This document shows positions 15,379-23,919 of a DNA stretch of 32,000 bases, piece after piece. Under the pieces are notes generated by a model that was not told the DNA's origin, ran no database searches, and was given only the letters and a program-made list of their open reading frames with translations. The stretch spans positions 157,550-189,549 of the forward strand of contig NZ_JABFAM010000010.1 in the NCBI RefSeq assembly GCF_013623775.1, given 5' to 3'. Source of the DNA: Rufibacter sp. XAAS-G3-1. GTDB lineage: Bacteria; Bacteroidota; Bacteroidia; Cytophagales; Hymenobacteraceae. Position 1 is the first letter of the stretch. The number at the start of each line of letters is the position of its first letter. The translations under genes were made by a program, and so were the position numbers.

Positions 15379-15561
15379 GCTTTTGCTTATGTTCAGCCAG
15401 AAAGCCATGACCAGGTACACCAATACCGGCGACCCGAACGTTAAAAAAGACAGGTAGATAAAAGACAAGCGGATGCTGCTGGTGGCAAAGCCTAACCTTT
15501 CCCCAAGTTTGGTGCACACCCCAAAGGCTTGGCTCTCCAGGAAATACTGAATATTCTTCAT
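15343..15561 (-). CDS. PspC-domain membrane protein
   Basis: 72 aa. GVCTKLGERLGFATSSIRLSFIYLSFLTFGSPVLVYLVMAFWL matches the PspC domain pattern (GVCxGLaxyfgid...Rl.Fvl). Its 3' end overlaps the convergent GT2 gene by 36 nt. Confidence 0.7.
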   Translation of the reverse strand: MKNIQYFLESQAFGVCTKLGERLGFATSSIRLSFIYLSFLTFGSPVLVYLVMAFWLNISKSLRRERSTVWDI

Positions 15562-15687
15562 GGTTTGAAAAGTTAAAGACCTAAGTTAAATAAATTTGTA
15601 AAATCTACCGTAACTTTCCCCTAGAAAAGGATTCAAAATTGAGTCCAGCAACGTTTTTATACGTTTCTTTTGCCTTTTAGATTAGAT

Positions 15688-17478
15688 ATGCCTTTAGCTT
15701 TCTCCCGTACCTTTTCTTTCTTCCCTTTTTTTCTTGCCCTTCTCTTTCTTACCGGCTGTACCCTTTCCAGAATGGCGAAGAAGGCCGAGAAAGGCCAGAC
15801 CATTACGGCCCAGCCCGAAGTGTTGATGGTGCGCGGAAACCAAGTACCCGTAGAAGTGCAAGCGCAACTCCCTAAAAACCTACTGCGGGACGACTACCGC
15901 TACGGCATACGGGTGTTTTACAAAGCTGAGAAAGGCGTAGAAGACCACGTGGGCTCTTTGGGCTTCGATTTTGGGAACTACAACTTTGTAGACGGCAAAC
16001 CCACCATGGGCAGTTCCTTTTCTTTTCCGTACGCTCCCTCTAAAATACGGGGCCAACTCATGGCCCAAGGTGTGGTAAGTGACGCCAAGGGCCGCAAGAA
16101 ATTCACCAAAGCCAAGGTGCTGGCGCAGGGCATCATCACTACGCCGCAGCTCATCCAGACCATGCACGCCCCGGCCTACGTGGAAGAAGATTTCAAGAAC
16201 GAAGCCAAAGGCCCGCTGCGTTTCCCCATCTATTTTGACCAGGGTTTGGCGACGCTGCGCCAAGGCTACGGCACCAACCTACAGATGCTAGACGACTTTA
16301 TCCGATCCAACCAGAAAACGAGCAAGATTGAGATTCTGGCCACGCATTCGCCAGACCAGACCGAAACCACCACCCGCAACCTGGCCGCCCGCAGAGCCGT
16401 GGCCGTAGAGCGGTTCATCAAACAGAAAATAGAAACCGAGGTGTACAACAACACCGTCTCCAGCATTGATTTCAACATTGAGACGCTCCAAAAAAACTGG
16501 GGTGCCTTTCTGGGCCGCGTCCAGAATTCGGCCTTGCCCGAAGAGCAGATTCAGCAGATTCTGGCCATTGTGAACGGCCCCGGTTCTTTTAGTGAGAAAG
16601 AAGAGAAACTGCAGACCCTCCCCTCCTATGACTACCTGGAGATGTACGTGTACCCCGTGTTGCGCTACGCCCAGGTCACCATTGACTACCAACCCAACCT
16701 GCGCCGCGACTACGAAATTTACCTCATGGCCAAACGGATAGTAGAGAACCGGGCGAATGCCGATGCCCTCACCGCCGAGGAAATGCAGTACGCCGCCACC
16801 CTTACGCCGCTGCTGGCCGAGAAAAAACGCATCTATGAATCTGCCGTGGAGACGTACATGAGCTGGCAAGCCCTCAACAACCTGGGCATGGTGTTCTTTG
16901 AACAGGCGCAGAAAGAACTTCGGCCCAAGGTGAAGCAAACGCTGCTGGCCAGCGCCATCCTTAACTTACGCTACGCTGCGCACCGCCAGCCACAAGCCCA
17001 GCAGTTCTACAACTTGGCCGTGGCCCACCACCAGCACGGCGACGCGCTGGAAGCGCTGCAAAGCTATGATTACGCCATTCGGCAAGGCGGTTCGCTGCCC
17101 ATTCTGCAACAGGTTTTCTCAGACAAAGCCGCCCTGGAACTAAGCGTAGGTCAGTACGATGATGCCGTGCGCAGCCTGGCCTACGCCGGAAAAGGCTACG
17201 CCGCCCAGTTCAACCTGGCCCTTTTGTACTTCCTGAAAGAAAACTACGAAGGAGCCGCTGAGCTAGGAGAGAAACTGTTAGCCGAATATCCGCAGGATGC
17301 CAATGCCCACTACCTGATGGCCGTGATTGCCGCCCGCAGCCAGAAAGAAGACGCCATGGCCCAGCACTTGAAACAAGCCATAAAAATCAAACCCACGCTG
17401 GCAGGCAAAGCCATTGATGACCTGGAATTCAGAAAGTACCATAAATCGGCGGCGTTTGCGGGCGCGCTGAAGCCTTAA
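15688..17478 (+). CDS. Lipoprotein with an OmpA-like segment and C-terminal TPR-like repeats
   Basis: From the ATG at 15688 the signal peptide ends in the lipobox LTGC. The central ILATHSPDQTETTTRNLAARRAVAVERFI resembles the OmpA C-terminal motif (GHTD...N..LS..RA.aV). The C-terminal third has Ala/Tyr/Leu-rich helical repeats. Confidence 0.65.
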   Translation: MPLAFSRTFSFFPFFLALLFLTGCTLSRMAKKAEKGQTITAQPEVLMVRGNQVPVEVQAQLPKNLLRDDYRYGIRVFYKAEKGVEDHVGSLGFDFGNYNFVDGKPTMGSSFSFPYAPSKIRGQLMAQGVVSDAKGRKKFTKAKVLAQGIITTPQLIQTMHAPAYVEEDFKNEAKGPLRFPIYFDQGLATLRQGYGTNLQMLDDFIRSNQKTSKIEILATHSPDQTETTTRNLAARRAVAVERFIKQKIETEVYNNTVSSIDFNIETLQKNWGAFLGRVQNSALPEEQIQQILAIVNGPGSFSEKEEKLQTLPSYDYLEMYVYPVLRYAQVTIDYQPNLRRDYEIYLMAKRIVENRANADALTAEEMQYAATLTPLLAEKKRIYESAVETYMSWQALNNLGMVFFEQAQKELRPKVKQTLLASAILNLRYAAHRQPQAQQFYNLAVAHHQHGDALEALQSYDYAIRQGGSLPILQQVFSDKAALELSVGQYDDAVRSLAYAGKGYAAQFNLALLYFLKENYEGAAELGEKLLAEYPQDANAHYLMAVIAARSQKEDAMAQHLKQAIKIKPTLAGKAIDDLEFRKYHKSAAFAGALKP

Positions 17479-17481
17479 AAA

Positions 17482-17521
17482 CTGTTTTAGGCCTGTTTTC
17501 TGAAAAAGAAGCCAAAAAGAG
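17482..17521. repeat. Dispersed palindromic repeat; left arm equals the consensus, right arm is degenerate
   Basis: ctgttttaggcctgttttc-tg-aaaaagaagccaaaaagag. It starts 4 nt after the stop codon at 17478. Confidence 0.7.
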
Positions 17522-17620
17522 AAACCCAATCCCTAACTTGCCTCTTGAGACAGATGCGTTTTTTTATTTGTGGCGCATGTCTTAATTTTACCCTTTAGAT
17601 AGACGTTGATAAATCTTACT

Positions 17621-18604
17621 ATGCGAACCATACAATTCAGAGAGGCATTGCGTGAGGCAATGAGCGAAGAAATGCGCCGCGACCCAAAGGTGTTCCTGAT
17701 GGGCGAGGAAGTTGCCGAGTACAATGGTGCTTACAAAGTGAGCCAGGGCATGCTGGACGAGTTTGGGCCAGAGCGCGTGATTGACACGCCTATTGCCGAG
17801 CTGGGCTTTGCCGGTATTGGCGTAGGTGCCGCCATGAACGGCCTTAAGCCTATTATTGAGTTCATGACCTTCAACTTCTCTTTGGTGGCCATTGACCAGG
17901 TCATCAACTCTGCCGCCAAAATCATGTCTATGTCTGGCGGGCAGTACTCTGCCCCCATGGTGTTCAGAGGCCCCACCGGTAACGCCGGTATGTTGTCTTC
18001 GCAGCACTCGCAGAACTTTGAGAACTGGTACGCCAACACGCCCGGCCTCAAAGTAGTGGTTCCATCCAACCCGTATGACGCCAAAGGTCTGTTGAAGTCC
18101 GCCATCCGGGACAATGACCCGGTTATCTTCATGGAGTCTGAGCTGATGTACGGCGACAAAGGCGAAGTGCCGGAAGAAGAATACCTCATTCCCATCGGCG
18201 TAGCCGATACCAAACGCCCGGGCAAAGACGTGACCATCGTTTCCTTCGGGAAAATGGTGAAACTGGCTTTACAGGCGGCGGAGGAATTAGCCAAAGACGG
18301 CGTAGAGGCCGAGGTGATTGACCTTCGTTCGGTACGCCCTATTGACTACAAAGCCATTGTTGAGTCTGTAAAGAAAACCAACCGTCTGGTGGTGGTGGAA
18401 GAAGCGTGGCCGTTGGCCTCTATCTCTTCGGAGATTGCTTTCCACGTGCAGCACAACGCGTTTGATTACCTGGATGCCCCGGTGAAACGCGTTACCTGCC
18501 GCGACGTTCCGCTTCCGTACGCCCCAACGTTGATTGAGGCTTCTTTGCCTAACGTGAAGCGCGTGATTCAAGCCGTGAAAGACGTTACGTACGCAAAAGC
18601 GTAG
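17621..18604 (+). CDS. pdhB: Pyruvate (alpha-keto acid) dehydrogenase E1 component beta subunit
   Basis: 327 aa from the ATG at 17621. [43 protein letters not shown]...[10 protein letters not shown]...FMTFNF is typical of transketolase-like E1-beta proteins. No alpha subunit is adjacent. Confidence 0.9.
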   Translation: MRTIQFREALREAMSEEMRRDPKVFLMGEEVAEYNGAYKVSQGMLDEFGPERVIDTPIAELGFAGIGVGAAMNGLKPIIEFMTFNFSLVAIDQVINSAAKIMSMSGGQYSAPMVFRGPTGNAGMLSSQHSQNFENWYANTPGLKVVVPSNPYDAKGLLKSAIRDNDPVIFMESELMYGDKGEVPEEEYLIPIGVADTKRPGKDVTIVSFGKMVKLALQAAEELAKDGVEAEVIDLRSVRPIDYKAIVESVKKTNRLVVVEEAWPLASISSEIAFHVQHNAFDYLDAPVKRVTCRDVPLPYAPTLIEASLPNVKRVIQAVKDVTYAKA

Positions 18605-18625
18605 TTCATCACACAATAAACCACT

Positions 18626-18665
18626 AGAGCCGACCTTTATAGAAATGGTCGGCTCTTGCTTTTAC
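18626..18665 (+). terminator. Rho-independent terminator after pdhB
   Basis: agagccgacc (18626-18635) / ggtcggctct (18647-18656) form a 10-bp stem with an 11-nt loop, followed by tgctttta. Confidence 0.6.
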
Positions 18666-18667
18666 AG

Positions 18668-18707
18668 GTGTTTTAGGCCTGTTTTCGTCAAAAGCCCCTT
18701 TAAACAG
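18668..18707. repeat. Dispersed palindromic repeat ending 1 nt before a start codon
   Basis: gtgttttaggcctgttttc-gtc-aaaagcccctttaaacagg. The ATG of the next gene is at 18709. Confidence 0.7.
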
Positions 18708-18708
18708 G

Positions 18709-19128
18709 ATGATTCAGAAATATTTCAGAACCTTAATGGCAGCGGCTGTTTTACTCACGGGAACCCTGGCCGCATGTAACGAAACCTCAGAATTGCAGGA
18801 AGTGGTGCTGCCCGTTCCGGCCGAGGAAACCGCTGGCTTCCCCAGAGTTCCGGTGAAAGTAGACACCACGCTTACGCTCAGAGTGCTCTACCGGCCCGCC
18901 AACGGTTGCGGCCGGTTCTCCCGCGTAGATTCCGTGAAATCCACCCAGCAGACAGACATCCGGATTTTCGCCGCTTACCCCGCAGACGACCAGGAAGCCA
19001 TCTGCGCCGACATCGCCAAACTGGTGCCCCTCACGTTCCGGTTCAGCACCACCACGCCAGGCATCCATCGTTTCCGTTTCTGGCAGGCAGACAACACGTA
19101 TTTGCTGGATTCCGTAGAGGTGAAGTAG
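18709..19128 (+). CDS. Lipoprotein, function unknown
   Basis: 139 aa. The signal peptide ends in the lipobox LAAC. No motif was recognised. Confidence 0.55.
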   Translation: MIQKYFRTLMAAAVLLTGTLAACNETSELQEVVLPVPAEETAGFPRVPVKVDTTLTLRVLYRPANGCGRFSRVDSVKSTQQTDIRIFAAYPADDQEAICADIAKLVPLTFRFSTTTPGIHRFRFWQADNTYLLDSVEVK

Positions 19129-19145
19129 GAAATACCACTACTAAC

Positions 19146-19201
19146 AAAGGTCTCCGTTTTGGCGCTGTTTTTAGAAAAACAGCGCCAAAACGGAGACCTT
19201 T
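19146..19201. repeat. Extended perfect copy of the dispersed palindrome (27-bp arms); likely terminator
   Basis: aaaggtctccgttttggcgctgttttt-ag-aaaaacagcgccaaaacggagaccttt. It lies 18 nt after the stop at 19128 and is followed by gtttt. Confidence 0.8.
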
Positions 19202-19618
19202 GTTTTGCTCCTTCTGTTAGGTTATCCTTTCGTAGGATTGATGCGCCTTGGAAGGCCAGAACCCACCCCTACCCCTCTGAGGAGGGGAATACGCCTTTGC
19301 CGGGGATAGGAATGCGTGTAAGAGAAGGCACGGCCTGGTCTCTACAAGTACTTTCTCCATTTCCAGTCTTTCCCGAGCGCGCCTCGCTTTTGGCCATAGA
19401 AAGACATCAGCTAAGAGGAATAAACAGTTCAGGCCGAAAGGGCAGTGCGAGAGGGGAAGGCGCGGCCCCGCGGCCGTGAGCGCATACCGCCAAAGATGAA
19501 ACAACACAGCACCTGCACCCACGCAGAATGCGGATAAGCCAAGGGAACAGCAAACCGCATGCACAAACTAATCACTCTACAAAAGCCAAGGCTAAAAAGG
19601 AACCAATAGAGCTATGAA

Positions 19619-20332
19619 TCAGGCTAAAGTAAGACGGGCGATGTAATGGTCGTCTTCTTCCCGGAGGAGCAACTCGGCGGTGAAACCCGCTTCTTCGGCG
19701 TATTGCTGGAGCAGGTCGAAATCTATAAAAAGCCAGGGAAAAGGTTCGCTTCTCTCCTGTCCAAACTCCATCATGTAGGTAAGTTCGCCGTAGTAGGCAC
19801 CGTTCAAATCCAGCAGCACAGAACCGTCTTCCTCTTCATAAAGGTACAGAATGTCTGAAGACTCTAACAGGATCTGTCCGCTGGGGGCGAGCCATTTTTT
19901 ACAGGTGGCAAGAAACCGCGGCAAACCGTCCAGGGTGCCGGCCAGGCCTATCCCGTTCATGAGCAGCAACAGCGTGTCATGGGGGGTTGGCGAAAGGGTG
20001 AAAAAATCGCCGGGCAAGACGTTTTTAACGCCCCGGGCTTTCTGCACCTCCACGGCCCTGGCCGATATTTCCAACGCGGTGACTTCTACCCCTTTTTCCT
20101 GCAGGGCCAAGGCATGGGAACCGGCCCCGGCGCCAATGTCCAGCACCCGTCCGTGGGCGGCAGAGAGGGCAACCTGTTCCCGTTCGGGCATTTCTGAGAA
20201 AGCCCTGAACAGGTAGGCGACCGGTAGTTCATCGGCTTCCATCTGGTCTGAGTAAACCGTGATGGCGGCCTCTTTGTTTCCTTCCCAAAAGGCTTTGATG
20301 GCGCCTCCCATTGGGTCTGGTGTCTCTAACAT
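19619..20332 (-). CDS. Class I SAM-dependent methyltransferase
   Basis: Motif I is VLDIGAGAGSHALAL, with an acidic residue after beta-2 (VTALE). The ATG at 20332 (MLETPDPMGG...) is preferred over the longer track start at 20365. Confidence 0.8.
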   Translation of the reverse strand: MLETPDPMGGAIKAFWEGNKEAAITVYSDQMEADELPVAYLFRAFSEMPEREQVALSAAHGRVLDIGAGAGSHALALQEKGVEVTALEISARAVEVQKARGVKNVLPGDFFTLSPTPHDTLLLLMNGIGLAGTLDGLPRFLATCKKWLAPSGQILLESSDILYLYEEEDGSVLLDLNGAYYGELTYMMEFGQERSEPFPWLFIDFDLLQQYAEEAGFTAELLLREEDDHYIARLTLA

Positions 20333-20634
20333 GTTGCGGTTTTTTTTGAAAAGCCAAAAATACACATTCTGGGGCAGCCCTGTTCAACAATTGAACTTCT
20401 AAGCTTACTAACGGGAATGGGTGATAATTCTCTGGCTTTACCAAGGTATGGGGAACATTCATCCAAAAGAGGCCATAAATAGAAATAATCCAAAGAAATA
20501 TTAATCTAACTTTCAGGTAAAGCAGCACTCAAACTAGCTGATTTGGCCTTGTTTAGCTTAGCTGGGGCCGTTTCTTATTTTACCCGGCACAGGTAAACCG
20601 AAGCGCCTTCTTAGTGGATAAAGCCCAGAATCCT

Positions 20635-20642
20635 TATCTTTG
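20635..20642 (+). promoter_or_regulatory. Candidate -7 box TAtcTTTG upstream of the CHASE3 kinase gene
   Basis: Exact match to TAnnTTTG, 46 nt upstream of the ATG at 20689, in a comparatively AT-rich divergent intergenic region. Confidence 0.3.
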
Positions 20643-20688
20643 AGCTTTATGCTAGATTCCTCGTCCTCTTTGCACAGAGATCAAACCT

Positions 20689-22197
20689 ATGAAACTAATC
20701 TCCACCATCTATACCGTCATCGGGTTGATATTGGTTATGTTCTGCATTGTCACTATGGGATATATCCAACAAACCCGCAAGGTCAAGAAAAGCATTGAAG
20801 ATGTTTTGTACACTTCCAGCATTATACGGGAGGCCGAACGCGCGCAGAAGTTGCTCCTAGATCTGGAGACGGGTTTGCGCGGCTATCTGCTGACCGGCCA
20901 AAAACCTTTTCTGAAACCTTATCTGGAGGGACAGATAGATTTTGAACGCAGCATCAACCACCTTGATTCTCTGACCAAAGCCTCCCCGGCACAAAACAAG
21001 CAGATTCAACTCATCCGCCATGATGCCCAATTATGGCTGGGAACGTTTGCCCTGCCATTGCTGGAAAACAAAACCGACGTTCAGGTAAGCGCCCAGAACA
21101 GAACATTGTACGATTCCCTGTTCACGGCCACAGCGCAACAGGGCACGGGCAAGAGCATCATGGACAGGGCCCGCCAGCGTTTTGACCAGATCAAGCAAGA
21201 GGAGGAGCGCATCAAAAAAGACCGGTTAGCGGAGATGAATGCGTCTCTTTTCAGGACAAACGAAATTGCCGTGGGGCTTACGTTCCTCTCTGTGCTGGCG
21301 GGAAGTTTCATGGCCTATTTATTGGGAAACACCATTAAACGGCGGTTCAGGCGCATGAACAACCTGGCCCACAGCATTGCCCAGGGAGATTACAGCGTTT
21401 CTTTGGTAGACAGGCACAATGATGAGATCAGCAGCCTGACCAGATCACTGAACAAGATGGCCAGACAGTTGCAGAACAGTTTCAACCACCTCACCAAAAC
21501 CAACAACGAACTAGACCAGTTTGCCTACGTGGTTTCGCATGACCTGAAAGCCCCCCTGCGGGCCATCAACAACCTGGCCGAGTGGATTGCCGAAGACCTG
21601 GTCACCGATGAGCCCGACATTAAGAAGAACCTGTCTATCTTGCGCAGCCGGGTGCATAGAATGGAAAACCTGATCAACGGAATTCTGGCCTATTCTAAGG
21701 TAGGAAAGCAGGTATTGCCCTCCACCAGTTTCTCTGCGCAGGAAGTGGTAAAGGAAACCCTGGAGAACCTGTCCCCGCCTGACACGTTTCGCATCCACAC
21801 CCCGGCCGTTCTGCCCACCATTACCGGTGAACGCACCCTTTTCTATCAGGTTATGTCAAATCTGCTCAGCAATGCGTTCAAGTACCACCACACCCAGCAC
21901 GGCAACATTGAGATCAGAGCTAAGGTATTGCCAGATTTCTATCAGTTTGAAGTGCAGGATGACGGGCCGGGAATTCCCAAGGAATACCAGGCAAAAGTCT
22001 TCGGGATTTTTCAAACCATGGAAGCCCGCGACGTGAAAGAAAGTACCGGCGTGGGGCTTTCCATTGTCAAAAAGATTGTGGAAGAAAAAGGCGGCCAGGT
22101 CTGGATTGAATCTGAGAAAGGGCAAGGCACCACGTTCCTGTTTACCTGGCCCAAGGTTCCGGTTACAAGTCTCACTTCAATTCCCTTACAGCCATGA
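20689..22197 (+). CDS. Sensor histidine kinase, CHASE3-TM-HAMP-HisKA-HATPase
   Basis: An N-terminal TM helix is followed by the CHASE3 signature LETGLRGYLLTGQKPFLKPY, a second TM helix and a HAMP-like linker. H-box FAYVVSHDLKAPLR, N-box NAFKYH, G-boxes DDGPGI and GVGLSIV. Confidence 0.9.
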   Translation: MKLISTIYTVIGLILVMFCIVTMGYIQQTRKVKKSIEDVLYTSSIIREAERAQKLLLDLETGLRGYLLTGQKPFLKPYLEGQIDFERSINHLDSLTKASPAQNKQIQLIRHDAQLWLGTFALPLLENKTDVQVSAQNRTLYDSLFTATAQQGTGKSIMDRARQRFDQIKQEEERIKKDRLAEMNASLFRTNEIAVGLTFLSVLAGSFMAYLLGNTIKRRFRRMNNLAHSIAQGDYSVSLVDRHNDEISSLTRSLNKMARQLQNSFNHLTKTNNELDQFAYVVSHDLKAPLRAINNLAEWIAEDLVTDEPDIKKNLSILRSRVHRMENLINGILAYSKVGKQVLPSTSFSAQEVVKETLENLSPPDTFRIHTPAVLPTITGERTLFYQVMSNLLSNAFKYHHTQHGNIEIRAKVLPDFYQFEVQDDGPGIPKEYQAKVFGIFQTMEARDVKESTGVGLSIVKKIVEEKGGQVWIESEKGQGTTFLFTWPKVPVTSLTSIPLQP

Positions 22198-22901
22198 TGC
22201 CCCCTGAGCAGACCTGTGAACAGCAACTGGAAGCCCTCAGAAAGGAATTTGAGGAATTCGCCTACATTGTATCGCATGATTTGAAAGCGCCGCTGCGGGC
22301 CATCAACAATCTCTCGGCCTGGATTGGCGAAGACTTGGGCGAAAACCAGGAGCCCGAGGTTCAGAACAATCTGCAATTGCTCCAGAACCGCACCCAGCGC
22401 ATGGAACGCATGATCAACGGGTTACTGGAATACTCCAGAGTTTCCAGGCAAGATCTGGAAGTGCAGGAAGTGTCCGTAGAGGCAATGGTACAGCGGCTGG
22501 CGGGTGCCTTCCCACAAAGCCAAACCCTGGAAGTCCACCCTTCGCACTTGCCCACCTTCAAAACCTACGCGAAGAAACTGGAGACGGTGTTTCAGCAGTT
22601 ACTCCAGAATGCCGTTACGTTCAATGAGCAGGAAACCCCAGAGGCCTGGATAGAAGCCCAGGAGCAGGCAGACGCCTTTGTTTTCAAAGTGAGGGACAAC
22701 GGGATAGGCATCCCCGCCGAGGCACAGCCAAAAGTGTTCAACATCTTTTTCACGGTGCAGCCCAAAGACCGGCACGAAACCCTGGGGGTTGGTTTGGCCA
22801 TTACCCGTAAGATCATTCAGTTTGTGGGCGGTTCCATCTCCGTGCAGTCTACGCCGGGGCATGGCACTGATTTTATGTTCACCTGGCCCAAAACAATATA
22901 G
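22194..22901 (+). CDS. Soluble histidine kinase core without any sensor domain (HisKA-HATPase only)
   Basis: 235 aa. The start ATG overlaps the upstream stop (ATGA at 22194-22197). H-box FAYIVSHDLKAPLRAINNL is nearly identical to the upstream kinase. It also has DNGIGI and LGVGLAI. There is no TM helix and no PAS/GAF domain. Confidence 0.85.
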   Translation: MMPPEQTCEQQLEALRKEFEEFAYIVSHDLKAPLRAINNLSAWIGEDLGENQEPEVQNNLQLLQNRTQRMERMINGLLEYSRVSRQDLEVQEVSVEAMVQRLAGAFPQSQTLEVHPSHLPTFKTYAKKLETVFQQLLQNAVTFNEQETPEAWIEAQEQADAFVFKVRDNGIGIPAEAQPKVFNIFFTVQPKDRHETLGVGLAITRKIIQFVGGSISVQSTPGHGTDFMFTWPKTI

Positions 22902-23013
22902 CGGCTCCCGGCCATTTATACGTATAAGAAATTCATTTAAAAAATTCCCCGGCAAACGAACAAGCTCCCCATGGGAAGAAGAGCGTTGGCCTGTTATCTG
23001 GTTAGAAGCAAAC

Positions 23014-23427
23014 ATGGAAGAAAGAGAAGTAACCATTTTACTGGTGGAAGACGACGAGGTAGACATCATGAATGTGCAGCGCGCCTTCAAAAAAAACAAT
23101 ATCACCAATCCGCTGCTTGTTGCCCATAATGGGCTAGAGGCGTTGGAAATGCTTAGATCAGGCGTTATTCCCATGTCCCCCATCATTATTCTGGACATCA
23201 ACATGCCCAAGATGAACGGCATAGAGTTTTTGCAGGAACTCAGGAGTGACCCAGACCTGAACCGGATCAGCGTCTTTGTGATGACTACCTCCAACGAAGA
23301 CAGTGACAAAATCAATGCCTACAACCTCAATGTGGCGGGTTATATTCTCAAGCCGCTGTCCTTTGAGAAATTCCTGACCTCGGTAGCCACCTTAGATAAG
23401 TACTGGAAACTGTGCGTTAGGCCCTGA
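23014..23427 (+). CDS. Single-domain response regulator (REC only)
   Basis: 137 aa from the ATG at 23014. It has ILLVEDDEVD, the phospho-acceptor context IILDINMP, TTS and K in YILKP. There is no output domain. The track ORF start at 22789 is a spurious extension. Confidence 0.9.
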   Translation: MEEREVTILLVEDDEVDIMNVQRAFKKNNITNPLLVAHNGLEALEMLRSGVIPMSPIIILDINMPKMNGIEFLQELRSDPDLNRISVFVMTTSNEDSDKINAYNLNVAGYILKPLSFEKFLTSVATLDKYWKLCVRP

Positions 23428-23490
23428 AAAGAGCCTGAAAACTTCTTTTTTTAACATTCCCCTGCCATTCATCTTCTATTAAATATTACA

Positions 23491-23919
23491 TTGAAAACAA
23501 AGCAAGCCCATATTCTCCTTGTGGAGGATGATCCGCAGGATGTTGCCTCTACCAAACGTGCCTTTCTGTCGCAGGGCATTGATAACCCCGTCCATGTGGC
23601 CCCTTCCGGCAAAGTGGCGCTGGACATGCTGCAAGGGAGAGGAAGACCGGCCCTGGATCCAATTCCCCGCATTATCTTACTGGACTTGGATCTGCCCGAA
23701 ATGAGCGGGCTGGATTTTCTGACGGCCCTCCGCAAAGATCCTTTGCTCAAAGCCTGCAGTGTGTTTGTCATTACCGGCCAGAGCACCCCAAAGGATCTTT
23801 TACAGGCCTATGACCTGAATGTGGCCGGTTATATTGTAAAGCCCATTCAGTACACGTCTTTCGTAGATATCATTGCCACGCTTAACTCTTTCTGGAATTT
23901 AATTGAACTCCCCAACTAA
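23491..23919 (+). CDS. Single-domain response regulator (REC only), TTG start
   Basis: 142 aa with ILLVEDDPQD, ILLDLDLPEMSG and YIVKP. The only in-frame start before the conserved DD is TTG at 23491. Confidence 0.85.
   Translation: MKTKQAHILLVEDDPQDVASTKRAFLSQGIDNPVHVAPSGKVALDMLQGRGRPALDPIPRIILLDLDLPEMSGLDFLTALRKDPLLKACSVFVITGQSTPKDLLQAYDLNVAGYIVKPIQYTSFVDIIATLNSFWNLIELPN

Noticed and set aside
16288-16938. 216-aa minus-strand ORF (with 15880..16263 and other antisense ORFs) opposite the OmpA-like/TPR lipoprotein gene.
   Set aside because: It lies entirely antisense to a well-supported gene. The composition is Gly/Val/His/Leu-rich with no motifs, which is a typical shadow ORF in a moderately GC-rich coding region.
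19320-19370. Cobalamin-riboswitch-like B12-box resemblance on the minus strand (GUAGAGACCAGGCC versus AGYCMGGAGACCKGCC; also GGGAAAGACUGG).
   Set aside because: The other conserved blocks (GGUGNAAANCC, GCCACUG) are missing. There is also no downstream gene on that strand for a riboswitch to control.
19202-19618. Possible RNase P RNA. On the plus strand, AAAGAUGAA...ACGCAGAAUGCGGAUAAGCC recalls the CR-IV/CR-V region of bacterial RNase P (AGAUGAAUGACUGUCCACGACAGAACCCGGCUUAU in E. coli M1). GUGAGCGCAUACCGCC recalls GGUAAGAGCGCACCGC. The size (about 400 nt) also fits.
   Set aside because: The near-universal GGAAAGUCCGG (CR-I, 5' strand of P4) is absent on both strands. No partner for a P4 helix could be found, and the order of the look-alike blocks does not match the RNase P architecture. 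The region is kept only as an unassigned structured region.
22599-23315. 238-aa minus-strand ORF spanning the kinase / receiver junction.
   Set aside because: It is antisense to two genes with unmistakable HK and REC motifs. The product is Ser/Leu-rich low complexity with no recognisable domain.
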